From the human T2T-CHM13v2.0 reference genome, Homo sapiens, in NCBI RefSeq assembly GCF_009914755.1, contig NC_060930.1: a DNA stretch of 64,000 nt; one strand, given 5' to 3'. Under the pieces are notes generated by a model. The model saw only the letters and a program-made list of their open reading frames with translations. It ran no database searches and was not told the origin of the DNA. Below are positions 28,109-44,040 of this stretch, one piece after another. The stretch's first letter is position 1. Each line of letters opens with the position of its first letter. Both the position numbers and the translations under genes were made by a program.

Positions 28109-29133
28109 ATGAGGAAAAACTCAAGCAAAAACTCTGAAAATTCCCAAAACCAGAACACCTCTTCTCCTCTAAAGGAAAGGATCACAACTCCTCACCAGCA
28201 AGGGAACAAAACTGGATGGAGAATGAGTTTGACGAGTTGACAGAAGTGGGCTTCAGCTGGTGGGTAATAACAAACCCCCCTGAGCTAAAGAAGCACTTTC
28301 TAACCCAATGCAAGGAAGCTAAGAACCTTGAAAAAAGGTTAGACAAATTGCTAACTAGAATAACCAGTTAGAGAAGAATATAAATGAACTGATGGAGCTG
28401 AAAAACAGTATGAGAACTTCATGAAGCATACACAAGTATCAATAGATGAATTGATCAAGCAGAAGAAAGGATATCAGAGATTCAAGATCAACTTAATGAA
28501 ATAAAGCGTGAAGACAAAATTAGAGAAAATAGAATGAAAAAGAACAAACAAAGCCTTCAAGAAATATGGGACTATGTGAAAAGACCAAACCTACACTTGA
28601 TTGGTGTACCTGAAAGTGACGGGGAGAATGGAACCAACTTGGAAAACACTTTTCAGGATATTATCCAGAAGAACTTCCCCAGCCTAGCAAGACAGGCCAA
28701 CATTCAAATTCAGGAAATACAGAGAACACCACAAAGATACTCCTCAAGAAGAGCAACCCCAAGACACATAATCATCAGATTCACCAAGATTGAAATGAAG
28801 GAAAAAATGTTAAGGGCAGCCAGAGACAAAGGTCGGGTTACCCACAAAGAAAAGCCCATCGGACTAACAGCAGATCTCTCTGCAGAAATCTTACAACCAG
28901 AAGAGAGTACAGCCAATATTCAATATTCTTAAAGAAAAGAATTTTCAACCCAAAATTTTATATCCAGCCAAACTAAGCTTAATAAGCAAAGGAGAAAAAA
29001 ATCCTTTACAGACAAGCAAATGCTGAGAGATTTTGTCACCACCAGGCCTGCCTTACAAGAACTCCTGAAGGAAGCACTAAACAGGAAAAGGAAAACCCGG
29101 TATCAGCCACTGCAAAAACTTACCAAATTGTAA
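28109..29133 (+). pseudogene. Disrupted L1 ORF1p
   Basis: Fragment QSLQEIWDYVKRPNLHLIGVPESDGENGTNLEN...RATPRHIIIRF is L1 ORF1p. The frame is broken by stops and frameshifts. Confidence 0.9.
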
Positions 29134-29196
29134 AGACCATAGACACTATGAAGGAACTGCATCAACTAATGGGCAAAATAACCAGCTAGCCTCATA

Positions 29197-32100
29197 ATGA
29201 CAAGGTCATATTCACACATAACCATATTAACCTTAAATGTAAATGGGTTAAATGCCCCAATTAAAAGACACAGACTGGCAACTTGGATAAAGAGTCAAGA
29301 CCCATCAGTGTGCTGTATTCAGATGACTCATCTCATGTGCAAAGACAAACATCGGCTGAAAATAAAACGATGGAGGAATATTTACCAAGCAAATGGAAAG
29401 CAAAAAGAAGTGCAGATTGCAATCCTAGTCTCTGATGAAGCAGACTTTAAACCAACAAACATCAAAAAAGACAAAGAAGGGTATTCCATAATGGTAAGGG
29501 GATCAATGCAACAAGAAGAGCTAACTATCCTAGATATATATGCAACCAATACAGGAGCACCTAGATTCATAAAGCAAGTTCTTAGAGACCTACAAAGAGA
29601 CTTAGACTCCCACAGAATAATAGTGGGAGACTTTAATGCCCCACTGTCAGTATTAGACAGATCAAGGAGACAGAAAATTAACAAGGATATTCAGGACATG
29701 AACTCAGCTCTGGACCAAGCAGACCTAACAGACATCTACAGAACTCTGCACCCCAAATCAACAGAATATATGTTTTTCTCTGCACCACATTGCACTTATT
29801 CTAGAATTGACCACATAATTGGAAGTAAAACACTCCTCAGCAAATGGAAAAGAACAGAAATCATAACAAACAGTCTCTCAGACCACAGTGCAAATTAATT
29901 AGAAATCAGAATTAAGAAACTTACTCAAAACCGCACAACTACATGGAAACTGAACAACCTACTCCTGAATGACTGCTGGGTAAATAACAAAAATAAGGCA
30001 GAAATAAATAAGTTCTTTGAAACCGATGAGAACAAAGAACATACCAGAATCTCTGGGACACAGCTAAAGCAGTGATTAGAGGGAAATTTATAGCACTAAA
30101 TGCCCACAGGAGAAAGCAGGAAAGATCTAAAGTCAACACCCTAACATTACAATTAAAAGAACTAGAGAAGCAAGAGCAAACAAATTCAAAAGCTAGCAGA
30201 AGACAAGAAATAACTAAGATCAGAGCAGAACTGAAGGAGATAGAGACACGAAAAAACCTTCAAAAAATCAATGAAACCAGGAGCTGGTTTTTTGAAAAGA
30301 TTAACAAAATAGACCACTAGCCAGACTAATAAAGAAGGAAAGAGAGAAGAATCAAATAGACACAATAAAAAATGATAAAGGGGATATCACTACTGATCCC
30401 ACAGAAGTACAAACTACCATCAGAGAATACTATAAACACCTCTACTCAAATAAACTAGAAAATCTAGAAGCAATGGATAAATTCCTGGACACATACACCC
30501 TCTCAAGACTAAACCAGGAAGAAGTCGAATCCCTGAATATACCAATAACAATTTCTGAAATTGAGGCAGTAATTAATAGCCTACTAACCAAAAAAAAGTC
30601 CGGGACCCAGACAGATTCACAGCCAAATTCTACAAGACGTACGAACAGGAGCTGGTCCCATACCTTCTGAAACTATTCCAAACAATAGAAAAAGAGGGAC
30701 TCCTCCCTAACTCATTTTTTGAGGCCAGCATCATCCTGAAACCAAAATCTGACAGAGATACAACAACAACAACAAAAATTTCAGGCCAATATCCCTTACC
30801 AACATCGATGTGAAAATCCTCAATAAAATACTGGCAAACCAAATGCAGCAGCACATCAAAAAGCTTATCCACCACAATCAAGCCAGCTTCATCCCCAGGA
30901 TGCAAGGCTGGTTCAACATATGCAAATCAATAAACATAATCCATCACATAACAGAACCAATGACAAAAACCACATGTTTATCTCAATAGATGCAGAAAGG
31001 GCCTTTGATAAAATTCAACACCCCTTCATGCTAAAAGCTCGCAATAAACTAGGTATTGATGGAACGTATCTCAAAATAATAAGAGCTATTTATGACAAAT
31101 TCACAGCCAATGTCATACTGAATGGGCAAAAGCTGGAAACATTCTCTTTGAAAACTGGGACAAGACAAGGATGCCCTCTCTCACCACTCCTATTCAACAT
31201 GGTATTGGACGTTCCATCCAGGGCAATCAGGCAAGAGAAATAAATAAAGTGTATTCATATAGGAAGAGAGGAAGTAAAATTTTTGCAGATGACATGATTG
31301 TATATTTAGAAAACCCCATTGTTTCAGCCCAAAATCTCTTTAAGCTGATAAGCAGCTTCGGCAAAGTCTCAGGATACAAAATCAATGTGCAAAAATCACA
31401 AGCATTCCTATGCACAAAAAATAGATAGCCAAGTCATGAGTGAACTCCCTTTCACAATTGCTACAAAGAGAATAAAATACCTAGGAATACAACTTACAAG
31501 AAATGTGAAGGACCTCTTCAAGGAGAACTACAAACCACTGTTCGAGGAAGTAAGAGAGGACACAAACAAATGGAAAAACATTCCATGCTCATGGATAGGA
31601 AGAATCAATATCATGAAAATGGCCATACTACTCAAAGTAATTTATAGATTCAATGCTATCCCCATCAAGCTACCATTGACTTTCTTCACAGAATTAGAAA
31701 AAATTTCTTTAAATTTCATATGGAACCAAAAAAGAGCCCAGATAGCCAAGCCAATCCTAAGCAAAAGGAACAAAGCTGGAGGCATCATACTACCTGACTT
31801 CAAACTATACTTCAAGGCTACAGTAACCAAAACAGCATGATACTGGTACCAAAACAGATATATAGACCAATGGAATGGAACAGAGCCCTCAGAAATAACA
31901 CCACACATCCACAACCATCTGATCTTTGACAAACCTGACAAAAACAAGCAATGGGGAAAGGATTCCCCATTTAATAAATGGTGTTGGGAAAACTGGCTAG
32001 CCATATGCAGAAAACTGAAACTAGATCCCTTCCTTACACCTTATAAAAAAATTAACTTAAGATGGATTAAAGACTTAAATGTAAGAGCTAAAACCATAAA

Positions 32101-32998
32101 AACCCTAGAAGATAAACCTAGGCAATACCATTCAGGACATAGGCATGGGCAAAGACATCATGACTAAAACACCAAACACAATGGCAACAAAAGCCAAAAT
32201 TGACAAATGGGATCTAATTAAACTAAAGAGCTTCTGCACAGCAAAAGAAACTATCATCAGAGTGAACAGGCAACCTACAGGATGGGAGAAAATTGTTGCA
32301 ATCTATCCATCTGACAAAGGGCTAATATCCAGAATCTACAAAGAACTTAAACAAATTTACAAGAAAAAACCAACCCCATCAAAAAGTGGGTGAAGGGTAT
32401 GAATAGACACTTCTCAAAAAAGACATTTAAGCAGCCAGCAAACATGAAAAAAAGCTCATCATCATCGGTCATTAGAGAAATGCAAATCAAAACCACAAGG
32501 AGATACTGTCTCATGCCAGTTAGAATGCCAATCATTAAAAAGTCAGGAAACAACAGATGCTATAGAGGATGTGGAGAAATAGGAATGCTTTTACACTGTT
32601 GGTGGAAGTGTAAATTAGTTCAACCATTCTGGAAGACAGTGCAGCGATACCTCAAGGAACTAGAACTAGAAATACCATTTGACCCAGCAATTCCATTACT
32701 GGGTATATACCCAAAGGATTATAAATCATGCTACTATAAAGACACAGGCACACATATGTTTATTGCAGCACTGTTCACAATAGCAAAGACTTGGAACCAA
32801 CCCTATTGCCCATCAATGATAGACTGGATAAAGAAAATGTGGCACATATACATCATGGAATACTATGCATCCATAAAAAAGGATGAGTTCATGTCTTTTG
32901 CAGGGACATGGATGAAGCTGGCAACCATCATTCTCAGCAAACTAACACAGGAACAGAAAACCAAACACCACATGTTCTCATTCATAAGTGGGAATTGA
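29197..32998 (+). pseudogene. Disrupted L1 ORF2p (endonuclease/reverse transcriptase)
   Basis: APE-like endonuclease (TLNVNGLN, VGDFN, SRIDH, SDHS), RT motifs ([18 protein letters not shown]) and the C-terminal CCHC region, spread over multiple broken frames. Confidence 0.92.
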
Positions 32999-33229
32999 AC
33001 AATGAGAACACATGGACACAGGGAGGGGAGCATCACACATCGGGGCCTATCAGGGGTTGGGGGGCTGGGGGAGGGATAGCATTAGGAGAAATACCTAATG
33101 TAGATGACAGGTTGAGGAGTGCAGCAAACCACCATGGCACGTGTATACCTGTACAACAAACCTGCACGTTCTGCACATGTATCCCAGAACTTAAAGTATA
33201 ATAAAATAATAATAATAATAATTTTTCTA

Positions 33230-33580
33230 CAGCATGTGCCACATAACCATACTTTGGTCAAGGACAGACCACACCTAAGGGACTGGTCACGTAAGATTCT
33301 AATACAGTATTTTAATAGCATCTTTTCTATATTTAGAAGTGTTTACATACACAAATACTTACCATTGTGTTACAATTGCCTGCAGTATCTAGCATAATAT
33401 TGTGCCTGCTCTACAGGTTATAGCCTAGAAGCACTAGGCTATACCACGTAGCTTAGGTATGTAGTATGCTATATTATCTAGGTTTATGTTAAGTACACTC
33501 TTTGATGTTTGCATAATGATGAAATAACCTAGCAGTGCATTTCTCAGAACATACACTTGGTGTTAAACGACGTGTAACTG
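33230..33580 (+). mobile_element. Tigger3a (Golem-type TcMar) MITE
   Basis: CAGCATGTGCCACATAAC...GTTAAACGACGTGTAACTG termini, TA dinucleotides on both sides, and internal ACACAAATACTTACCATTGTGTTACAATTGCCT. Confidence 0.85.
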
Positions 33581-34030
33581 TATTTGACCTTGTATCCTGA
33601 GACCTTCATGAATTCACTTACTGGATCTAGAGAAAAGTTTGTTTGTTTGTTGGACAGATTCTCTTGTATTGTACATATGCAGTCACATAATCTATGAACA
33701 AAGGTAGTTTAACTTCATTTTTGTGATATTTATGTCTCTTATTTCTTTTTCTTGCCTTATTTCATTAAGTAAGCCCACACAGTGTCAAATGTAATAGAAA
33801 TGAAGTACACACATACCTTGTCTGATTTCCAATTTTTTAAATTAAAAATTTTAGATATTTTAACAGTTCACCATTAAATATGATGTTCGCTGTACGTTTT
33901 TCCGATTAAGTTCCATTTATTCCTGGTTTGCTAAGAGGTTTTGAAAACCATGAATAAATGTGGGATATAACAAAATACTGGTTTGTATCTATTAAAAGTT
34001 ATATAATTTTTCTTCTGTAATCTTATAAAG
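33581..34030 (-). mobile_element. Old L1 (continuation of the element at 25570-27314)
   Basis: Antisense ORF2-like sequence (TTGACCTTGTATCCTGAGACCTT, TTTCTTTTTCTTGCCTTATT) resumes after Tigger3a. Confidence 0.65.
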
Positions 34031-35329
34031 GTGTGTTTTATTTTTTAATAACCACAAGCTTCCTACTTTAAAATTCTAGATTATGCTTGTTTTCTCACCA
34101 GAAGGAATTAAATAGTCAAAACAAAACAAAACAAACACAACTAAAAAAACACAACAAAAATGCCTGTGGAACTGAACTTCAATTTTCCACATAGTAAGTC
34201 TCCCAGCAGGATCAGTGTAAGGCCTGTTTCTGCGGTAGGAAAAAGTGAGACTTGTGCATGGACCATGTGTTTTATAGAGAAATATTTTTTCTAGAGAAAC
34301 CACAAAATGTACCATACTAAGTAAAAAGTTGTATTTAAGGAACATATATTCATAACTTAAATATCAAAGATATTTATGTGGATCACTTATTTCCTTTCCA
34401 TTCTCTGCTGTTCTCAAACCACTGTCTGTGCATTGTAGGTTTGGGTTGTGTAGAATTGAATTATGTTCAATTTTCAACTTGGGGAGCATTTGCATTTAGG
34501 ACCTACAGATTTTATCAGATTAGCAAAGGAATATATGACTCCAAACAGCATATAGCACTTTTCTAAAAGATTCAAATCCAGCCAAGAGGAAGTTGATCTT
34601 GCTTCATGTAGCTCAGGATTTGTTTGATCTGAAGCATCTATAAATGTCCTGGATTATCACTCATTGGAATTATTTTAGGTATCAGTAACCTAATGGGGGG
34701 AAAGTAGGCTTAAATTAGACTTAAAATTGTCTCAGTTCTCTGCTATGCATTCTAACTATAGACAGAGAGAAACATCTATCATTGGTTATAAAATTTTCGA
34801 GAATCTCAGCCTGCCCAAAGAGTAGCAGAAGTAGAAGCCTTCACAATGATTATTGTGGAGAAGATCAAAGTTGAAGCTCAGGCTTATTAGCTGCTTCCTT
34901 GATCTAATACTTTGCATTTTATGAGCCATATCAAAACCGTATCATTTTTGGTTCCTATTTTGCTATTGAACAGTTTCTGGTATAAACCTTTGAAAGTTGA
35001 TTCCTGGGAGCACTTAAAAATCTCTAAATAAATAATCATTATATAGTGGTTATTTTCCCACTTCAATTATGACAATAATTTTATTAAATTTTAGATATAA
35101 TTTTTATTATAATCCTAGAAATACCGTAATGAAATCACCTAAACAGGTTTTCTAGGTGATTAAGAAGATTGGTTAACCAATGTGAGGCTAAGGTGTTATT
35201 AGATTTGTCTTTATTTCCTGCTTTGACCTAGTTACAGAATCTAAGTTATGTTCCATCTCCAAAAGGTCTTTTATTATATATTGTGTTTTATATCAAAATA
35301 GATTTGAAAACATTAGATAAATTTTCTAT

Positions 35330-35492
35330 TCTTGTTTTCTTTTGTTTTAGAGATGAGGTCTCACTCTGTTGCCCATGCTAGAGTGTAGTGGTGCAATCAT
35401 AGCTCACTGCAGCATCAAACTCCTGGGCTCAAGCAATGCTCCTGTGTTAGCCTCCCAAGTAGGGATTACAAGTGCAACCACTGCACTCAGCT
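35330..35492 (-). mobile_element. Free Alu monomer (FRAM/FLAM-like)
   Basis: Single Alu arm with a T-rich tail. Confidence 0.8.
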
Positions 35493-35814
35493 TATCCTTC
35501 TATGTTTTAAATTTGATTCTAAAACTAAAGGATAGAGAATAAAATTTGAAACAGAGATGAAAAAATAAGGACTACAGAGGAGAAATTTACTCTGGGGAAC
35601 AAATGAAAAAGAGCTAATTAATGATTTTTTAGGAAAATAAAACAGATGAAATGTTAATAGTATTTTCAGATAGGAAAAATCAGTTGAGATGACAAGTCAA
35701 AACACAAGGCTTAATAGACTATTTTACCTTGCCAGATTTGCTATGGAATAATCTTAAAAATTAGCAACTGGCATAAAAAGGTTTTTTTTTTCTTTATATT
35801 AAGCTAAAGATTCC

Positions 35815-38125
<2,311 letters not shown>

Positions 38126-39714
38126 AAAGCAAAAACTTAGAACAACAACCAGAGATGATTGGGTAAAAATGATGAGACTGCTGACTGCCTGGGATGTTAG
38201 ACAGTTTTTCTTTTAATTGTTTTCTGCTATTAACTAGTTATTTTATTTACTATTGGTCTATGACAGTGACTCCCTTTTGTAAAAACAAAAGCAGATAGAT
38301 ATCAATGTTCTTAATGTGAGAACAGTAATAACTGCCCTTTTAACCTTTGCGTCTTGTCTTTAAGGATGTAAATAAAACTAAGGAAAGAAACAGGATCTTT
38401 GGTATTTTGGTAACATAGGATGGGTTTAGACAATAGGATAATCCTTTTTAAAACTTCTTTGCCTGATGTTTCACTAATGGGTGGGTGAAATACCTTTAGT
38501 GTGAGAGGAAACAATATAAACCCTTTTTAGCTTTTGTAAATCTATACTAAATGCCTATGTTAAATAACATAATAGATTTAAAAAAGCTGACTTGGAAAAT
38601 ATAAACACTACATAAGTGTAAGGTATTGTTATTATGCCAAGGCTTAAATTATGGATTATAATTGTAGAGATAGCCTGAAGTAAAAGATGTATACTTTCAA
38701 AGTAAGTATATATATGTCTTAGTATATATGTGTCCTATTTTGTCACATCCAAAAGAAGACATTGTTAATCTGGCCAAAAAAAAATGGAAAAAAAAATGAC
38801 CCCCACAGAAAATTTAACAGAAGCAAGTGTAAGTAAATCATATCAATACAAGTATTTATAACCTGATATTAGTAGAAGTGTTCATAATCAGTTGGCATTA
38901 ATTTGTACTCAGAAGTCATCATCAAAGGTAGACCAAAAACTTAAGTATTGCAAAAAAGATTCAGGACAGTCTTTCTTCACGTGCATAACATGCTCAAATT
39001 ATAAAAGAAATTCAGTTCTATAAACTAGAATCAAATCATTTTTATAGTTAATACAACACCCATCTACATTAACTACTTTTGTTGTCTGGTTCTGCCAAAT
39101 GTAAATACTACATCATTTATTGATATGTAAGAAGATTTATGTTCTGATGAAAGAACCAAGAAAGAATCTTGCTAGTGTCAGAGGTAAAAGATTTATGTTA
39201 GAAAGCCTTTATTTGGCATTGATAAAAAATTGACTAGGTATCAATAAAGCCCTATGGGGTCTTATAAGAACTATGGATTCTCAAGTGTTCCTGATACGTA
39301 TGTAGAATAAGCATTTCTTTTTCACATAGACATTGAAATATTGCAGTCAGCAATTTTCTTCCCTAGCATCTTTTTCATGCCATCTTCTTCAAGAAAAAAA
39401 ATAGTAACATCTGTTTCATAATTTAAATATAACCCAGAAGGTATCAAAACACAGGGAATTTTTAAGAAGAAAAAAAATTCTAAGCAAGCAGGTTAGATAT
39501 GTATATACATCATAAAGTTGTAGTGGGCTAGGGAATGGCTATCCAAGGACACTGTTCTCATTAAAAAATAAGTAACTCAGCTAGAGTGGTGTGTATAAAT
39601 TATGTAAGTTTGTTATGGTAGGTAGAGATATTTTCATGTAAGTAAAATCAATGAAAATTAATTGATACCTACTATATTGATAGTTTAAGCCACACAAAAT
39701 CCTTACATGAAATA

Positions 39715-39887
39715 AACTATGGTTACCCAAAGGAATGTGCAGAAACCAACATAATCTGCATCATCTGGGTGCTCACTGGAAATGCCAAAGGAAAAAAAGT
39801 AAGGCACTATCCCAGGCTTATTGAATCAGAACCTGCATATAAACAAGATCCTTAGGTGATTTGTACACTCTAATGTCTGAGAAGCAA
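39715..39887. mobile_element. MER5A-like hAT MITE (degraded)
   Basis: GAATCAGAACCTGCAT.TAAACAAGATCC..AGGTGATTTGT motif. Confidence 0.65.
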
Positions 39888-40384
39888 GGCTTTCACTTTC
39901 TTATTTGCATTGGAGAAGACTTTCAAACTTTCTACTCAACTCTCCATCCCTCCTCATAAACTCAATTTGTATGGCCAAATTTATAAAGTTTGTGCAATTT
40001 ATTTACTTTAGAAAAAATTTTAGCTTGCCTTGCTTCAAAGGGAAATGAGACCTCTGGGAGTAATGAGTTTTTATTTTGTAGAATAACAAGCGTTCACCAT
40101 CAGAACAGAAGAAGGCAAGGACCCAAAGTTCAGAGAAAATTTGTGCTTACTTTCCAGTCCATGTCTTAGTCCCATAATTCATCATTTGGATCAAGAACTT
40201 GTTTCTGCACACTCTGGTAACACAGGTAATCCCCACTTTAAGAAATGACTGTGGTCCATTTGTAAGTTGGTAATTTGAAACTTTCAATGTATTTCCACAT
40301 AGAAATAGTGTTATACTTAGTAGGTAGGTTTCTAGGCAGTTTTCAGAAATCTATATAATTTATAATGTACTAAGAAGTAAAGTG

Positions 40385-40565
40385 TTGGGAGGCATTGGGT
40401 TAAAGCAAGCATATTAGAATGACACATACCCAGGTTCAAATTTTGGCTCTATGACTATCCAATGCTTCACCTTGAACATTTATTTAACTTATTTATCACA
40501 TGTAAATATAATAATAATTGCCTCACAAAGTTTTTGTAAGAAATGAAATGTGTATTAAGTCACCT
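40385..40565 (+). mobile_element. MIR SINE
   Basis: CCCAGGTTCAAATTTTGGCTCT...ACCTTGAACA core followed by an AT-rich MIR tail. Confidence 0.55.
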
Positions 40566-41615
40566 GATGTTGAACTAAGTCATTTTGTATGGCTGGCCAT
40601 ATGATAAAAGTTTAAAAGAAATTTTGTCAAAAAGCACTGTTGAATATGGATTAGGATACTTGATCCATGAGGAAGGGGAGTATGAATCTCAGGGAGGACT
40701 TGCTTAGAGAAAATGATGCCTGGAAGAGTGAGAGCATCCATATGTGGCATTAGGTAGAAGTTTCGAAGAGGATATTCTAGGCAGGAATCATGACTTAGAA
40801 TTATAGATGTATACGGGGTGCAGAGTAGCAAGGAGGGTGTTCAATGGATTTGGGCTAGAGACTTTAAAAAAAGAACTGCTACTGGCATTTGCCTTTCTAT
40901 TTCCTTTTCTTCCTTGCCTCCATCTCTTTTGATATTGCTAATCTACAAAAAGCACAGAGTAAGATCAATAAGAAGCGAGATCAATATGAAGTGCCCAGCA
41001 GCAAGGAAAAAAGTAGGGAGAAAGAAAACAACTGTCAAGGGTAGAACCAGGAGGTTCTCTACTATCAGCAGTGAATATTTTTGTGTTAAATACAGTATCT
41101 TAGATGACAAAGCCTTAAGATTGACAGTGGTAATATTTGTGCTACATTCTTAATATTAGATATCACTTTGTGTTGAAGAGTCAATCTAACATTCTATTTT
41201 CATTTGAACCAAAGGTGACTGTGGCTTACGGATTACGTTGATTTTACCTTGAATTTTCAGAGTTAACTTTAATTTCCTTGTCTTGTTTTGTGACTATCTT
41301 TTGTTGGTGATTCCTTTTTTGTAAACCCAAATTGTGTTTTCATTCACAAAACCAAGTGGAGAATTAAGTCAATTATCTTTATATCAACAGTCATAGAGTA
41401 AGGAACTTGGCCCAAAATGAGAGTGTAAAACATTGATTGGTAATTGTTTTTTGTGTGTTCTCTAATGTGTTAAAATTTGGCATTTTAGACAACACCAATA
41501 TGAAAACATATGTTTAAATTGTATTAAGTCATACAATGAACTGGAAAGTAAAATATATAATTTCACACATCAAATCACAGTGACAGATCTATAACCCAGG
41601 GACATTCAATAAAGA

Positions 41616-41916
41616 TTTTTCTTTTTTTTTTTTTTGAGACAGAGTCTCACTCTATCTCTCAGGCTGGAGTGCAGTGGCATGATCTTGGCTCACTGCAAAC
41701 TCTGCCTCCTGGTTCAAGCAATTCTCCTGCTTCAGCCTCCTGAGTAGCTGGGATTACAGATGTGTGCCACCATGCCCGGCTAATTTTTGTGTTTTTCATA
41801 GAGACGGGGTTTCACCATGTTGGCCAGTCTGGTCTCAAACTCCTGACCTCAGGTGATCCGCCTGCCTTGGCCTCTCGAAGTGCTAGGATTGCAGGTGTGA
41901 ACCACCATGGCCAACC
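41616..41916 (-). mobile_element. AluS-type SINE
   Basis: Dimeric Alu on the minus strand. Degenerate TSD TCAATAAAG/TCAATGAAG. Confidence 0.92.
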
Positions 41917-42619
41917 TCAATGAAGTTTTGATAACTGACTAAGGAAAACATCAAAAACAAATAGAGAGTTTTCTATCAAGTTTCTTTAAGCATATTTGAA
42001 CAAAAATACTGAGATTCTTTTGGTTAAGATTTAAGAAAATCAAATACCATTGATGGTTATGGTTTTACCTGAGAGAATGACTGAGGGCGCCACAAGATGT
42101 TTATATCTACCTGAAAGTAAAATGGCAATATTTGTGTGTGTGATTTTTTTCCCCAAAACTCTCATGTAATTTTCTCCTGTGGAATGCATGAGGTAAGAAC
42201 ATGTTATTTTGTGACACCAGTATATATTCATATTAATAATTAGAGTTTGTATTTAGATAATGTAATAGCGTTGATGAATCACTTTGACATACATATTTAT
42301 TATTGGTGTGTATTATTACTGAGTGAGTTATGCTTAACAGATATTGTTTTCCTCTTTTTATCTATACATAAACCTCAAGAAAGTTTAATGACTCACCTAA
42401 GGTAACATAGGGGCTCGGTGGTGGATTGAAAACTCATACTTTCTATTTCCCAGTTCAGTGTACTTTCCATGGTATCACATTTCCTTTCAGTGTTTCTACA
42501 AGAAGACAAGAAAAAATATACTATCATTTACTGATGAACAATGTTAAGTAAAAAGCTACATCAGGTAATGGACACTGTTAAGCATACCAAGTTCCTACTT
42601 TAGAATAATAGTAAATTTC

Positions 42620-43770
42620 ATTTCTGGTAAAATGGAAGACTAAGTAGCCTAGTTACATACAAATACTGAAAAAATAAATTGAACTTTGGTTTTTAAATGT
42701 ATAGCAAAAGAGTAAGCAGATTTTCAGACTTAATAAGAAAGCACAAATTCAGAGTGGTAACATGAAAGATGAGAGTTTCTCTCAGTCCATTCTTAATAGG
42801 CAAGATTTTTAGTTTTAATCAACCATGTTTAAGCAACAGGAGAAAAGCTAGATTCGGAGTGAAGTGAAAAGTCATGTCAGAGAAACCTGTGTAAATCTAG
42901 CCCTTCTGAAAGGGTAAATGACTTAGCAATCAAATAAACAAATATACAACATAAAACTCCACCTCCCAAAGAAAGAAACTTGTGTTTATCATGGCTGAGA
43001 TGTAGGAGCAGGGTAGAGTTTTCCCAGAGAATTTGGAGCGTAAAACAGGCTTTCAGTCAGACTTCCTGCATGACTCCAAAGTCTAAGCAATAAATTCAGC
43101 ATGATAGTTCTGTCCTCAGGCATCTAAAAGACACTGACACTAATCCCCTTTAGAGGGATGTAACATAAAGCCAGTCCTAAAGATTGCTGTATATAATATT
43201 CAAATAAACTTGAGCTCACAGTCAAAAATCACAACACAAAAAAGGAAACAAGAAACTGTAAATGAGAGTCAGAAGAAACAAATGCTAGAATCAGACCACA
43301 ACAAGGAATATATTAACAGTTATAGAGACTACCAGATGGAAAATACAATGCAAATATACTTAATAGGCTTAAAGAAATAATACATCAGAAATAGGGCTAA
43401 GAACAGGAAACCATCAAATATAAGCACACATATTTTCAAAAATCCAGCAAATGGAACTTGTAAAACCTGTATAATTGGGTTTAAAAACTAGGTGGAGAAG
43501 TAAAGTGTCAGATTAAAACAGCTAAAGAGATATTAAGAGACTTAGAAGATACAATGAAGATATTTTTATAATCGGAAAACCAGAGGTAGGTAATAGAAAA
43601 AGTGAGGAGAGATAATACTTTAAGAAAAAAAAAAGCTGAGAATTTTGCAGAAGTGATGGAAGACATGAATCATCAGAAACAGAATGCTAAGAAAAGCCAA
43701 GCAGAGTAAGGAAATCAGTACTTAGCCAACTTGTGAAACTGTAAAGCAACAAATTTAAAAACAGATGATC
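42620..43770 (+). mobile_element. Ancient L1M 5'/ORF1-region relic
   Basis: A-rich sequence with ORF1-like motifs (GATTAAAACAGCTAAAGAGA, GCTGAGAATTTTGCAGAAGTGATG). Confidence 0.5.
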
Positions 43771-43772
43771 TT

Positions 43773-44040
43773 TGTAGTGGACATTGTTATGTGCCACATG
43801 GTCCCTCTTTAGGATTAAAAATTTTATGCCCACAGGTGCTGGCAGTGCTGTTGGCTGTAATCATCTTTGGAAATTTTCATTTGCTGTAGAGAAAGTTTTT
43901 TACCCACATTCCAATTTCTGCTCAATCCTACAGCATTTCCTTCTCTTCCACAAGCATTGGTCCCAAGAATATTCCTTAATAAACTTCGTGCACACTGACT
44001 ATATAACAGAGTTTGCTTGCTGGGACACCCAATGTACAAT
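43773..44040 (+). mobile_element. LTR16-like ERVL LTR
   Basis: TGTAGTGGAC start; AATAAACTTC.TGCACACT...CAGAGTTTGCTT..TGGGACACCCAA 3' end. Confidence 0.6.

Larger units (their letters stand above)
27331..33216 (+). mobile_element. Near full-length L1PA7-like LINE-1 (inactive)
   Basis: Has a 5' UTR, ORF1, ORF2, an L1PA7-type 3' UTR (GGAGAAATACCTAATGTAGATGAC, ATGTATCCCAGAAC) and an (AAT)n tail. TSD AATAATTTTTGGACAG (27315-27330) / AATAATTTTTCTACAG (33217-33232). Confidence 0.93.

Noticed and set aside
29197-29898. 233-aa endonuclease ORF as a functional gene
   Set aside because: It is the truncated start of L1 ORF2, and the conserved QE motif reads QM. Downstream frames are broken, so the element is not retrotransposition-competent.
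40818-41153. 111-aa ORF
   Set aside because: Non-ATG start and no recognisable homology.
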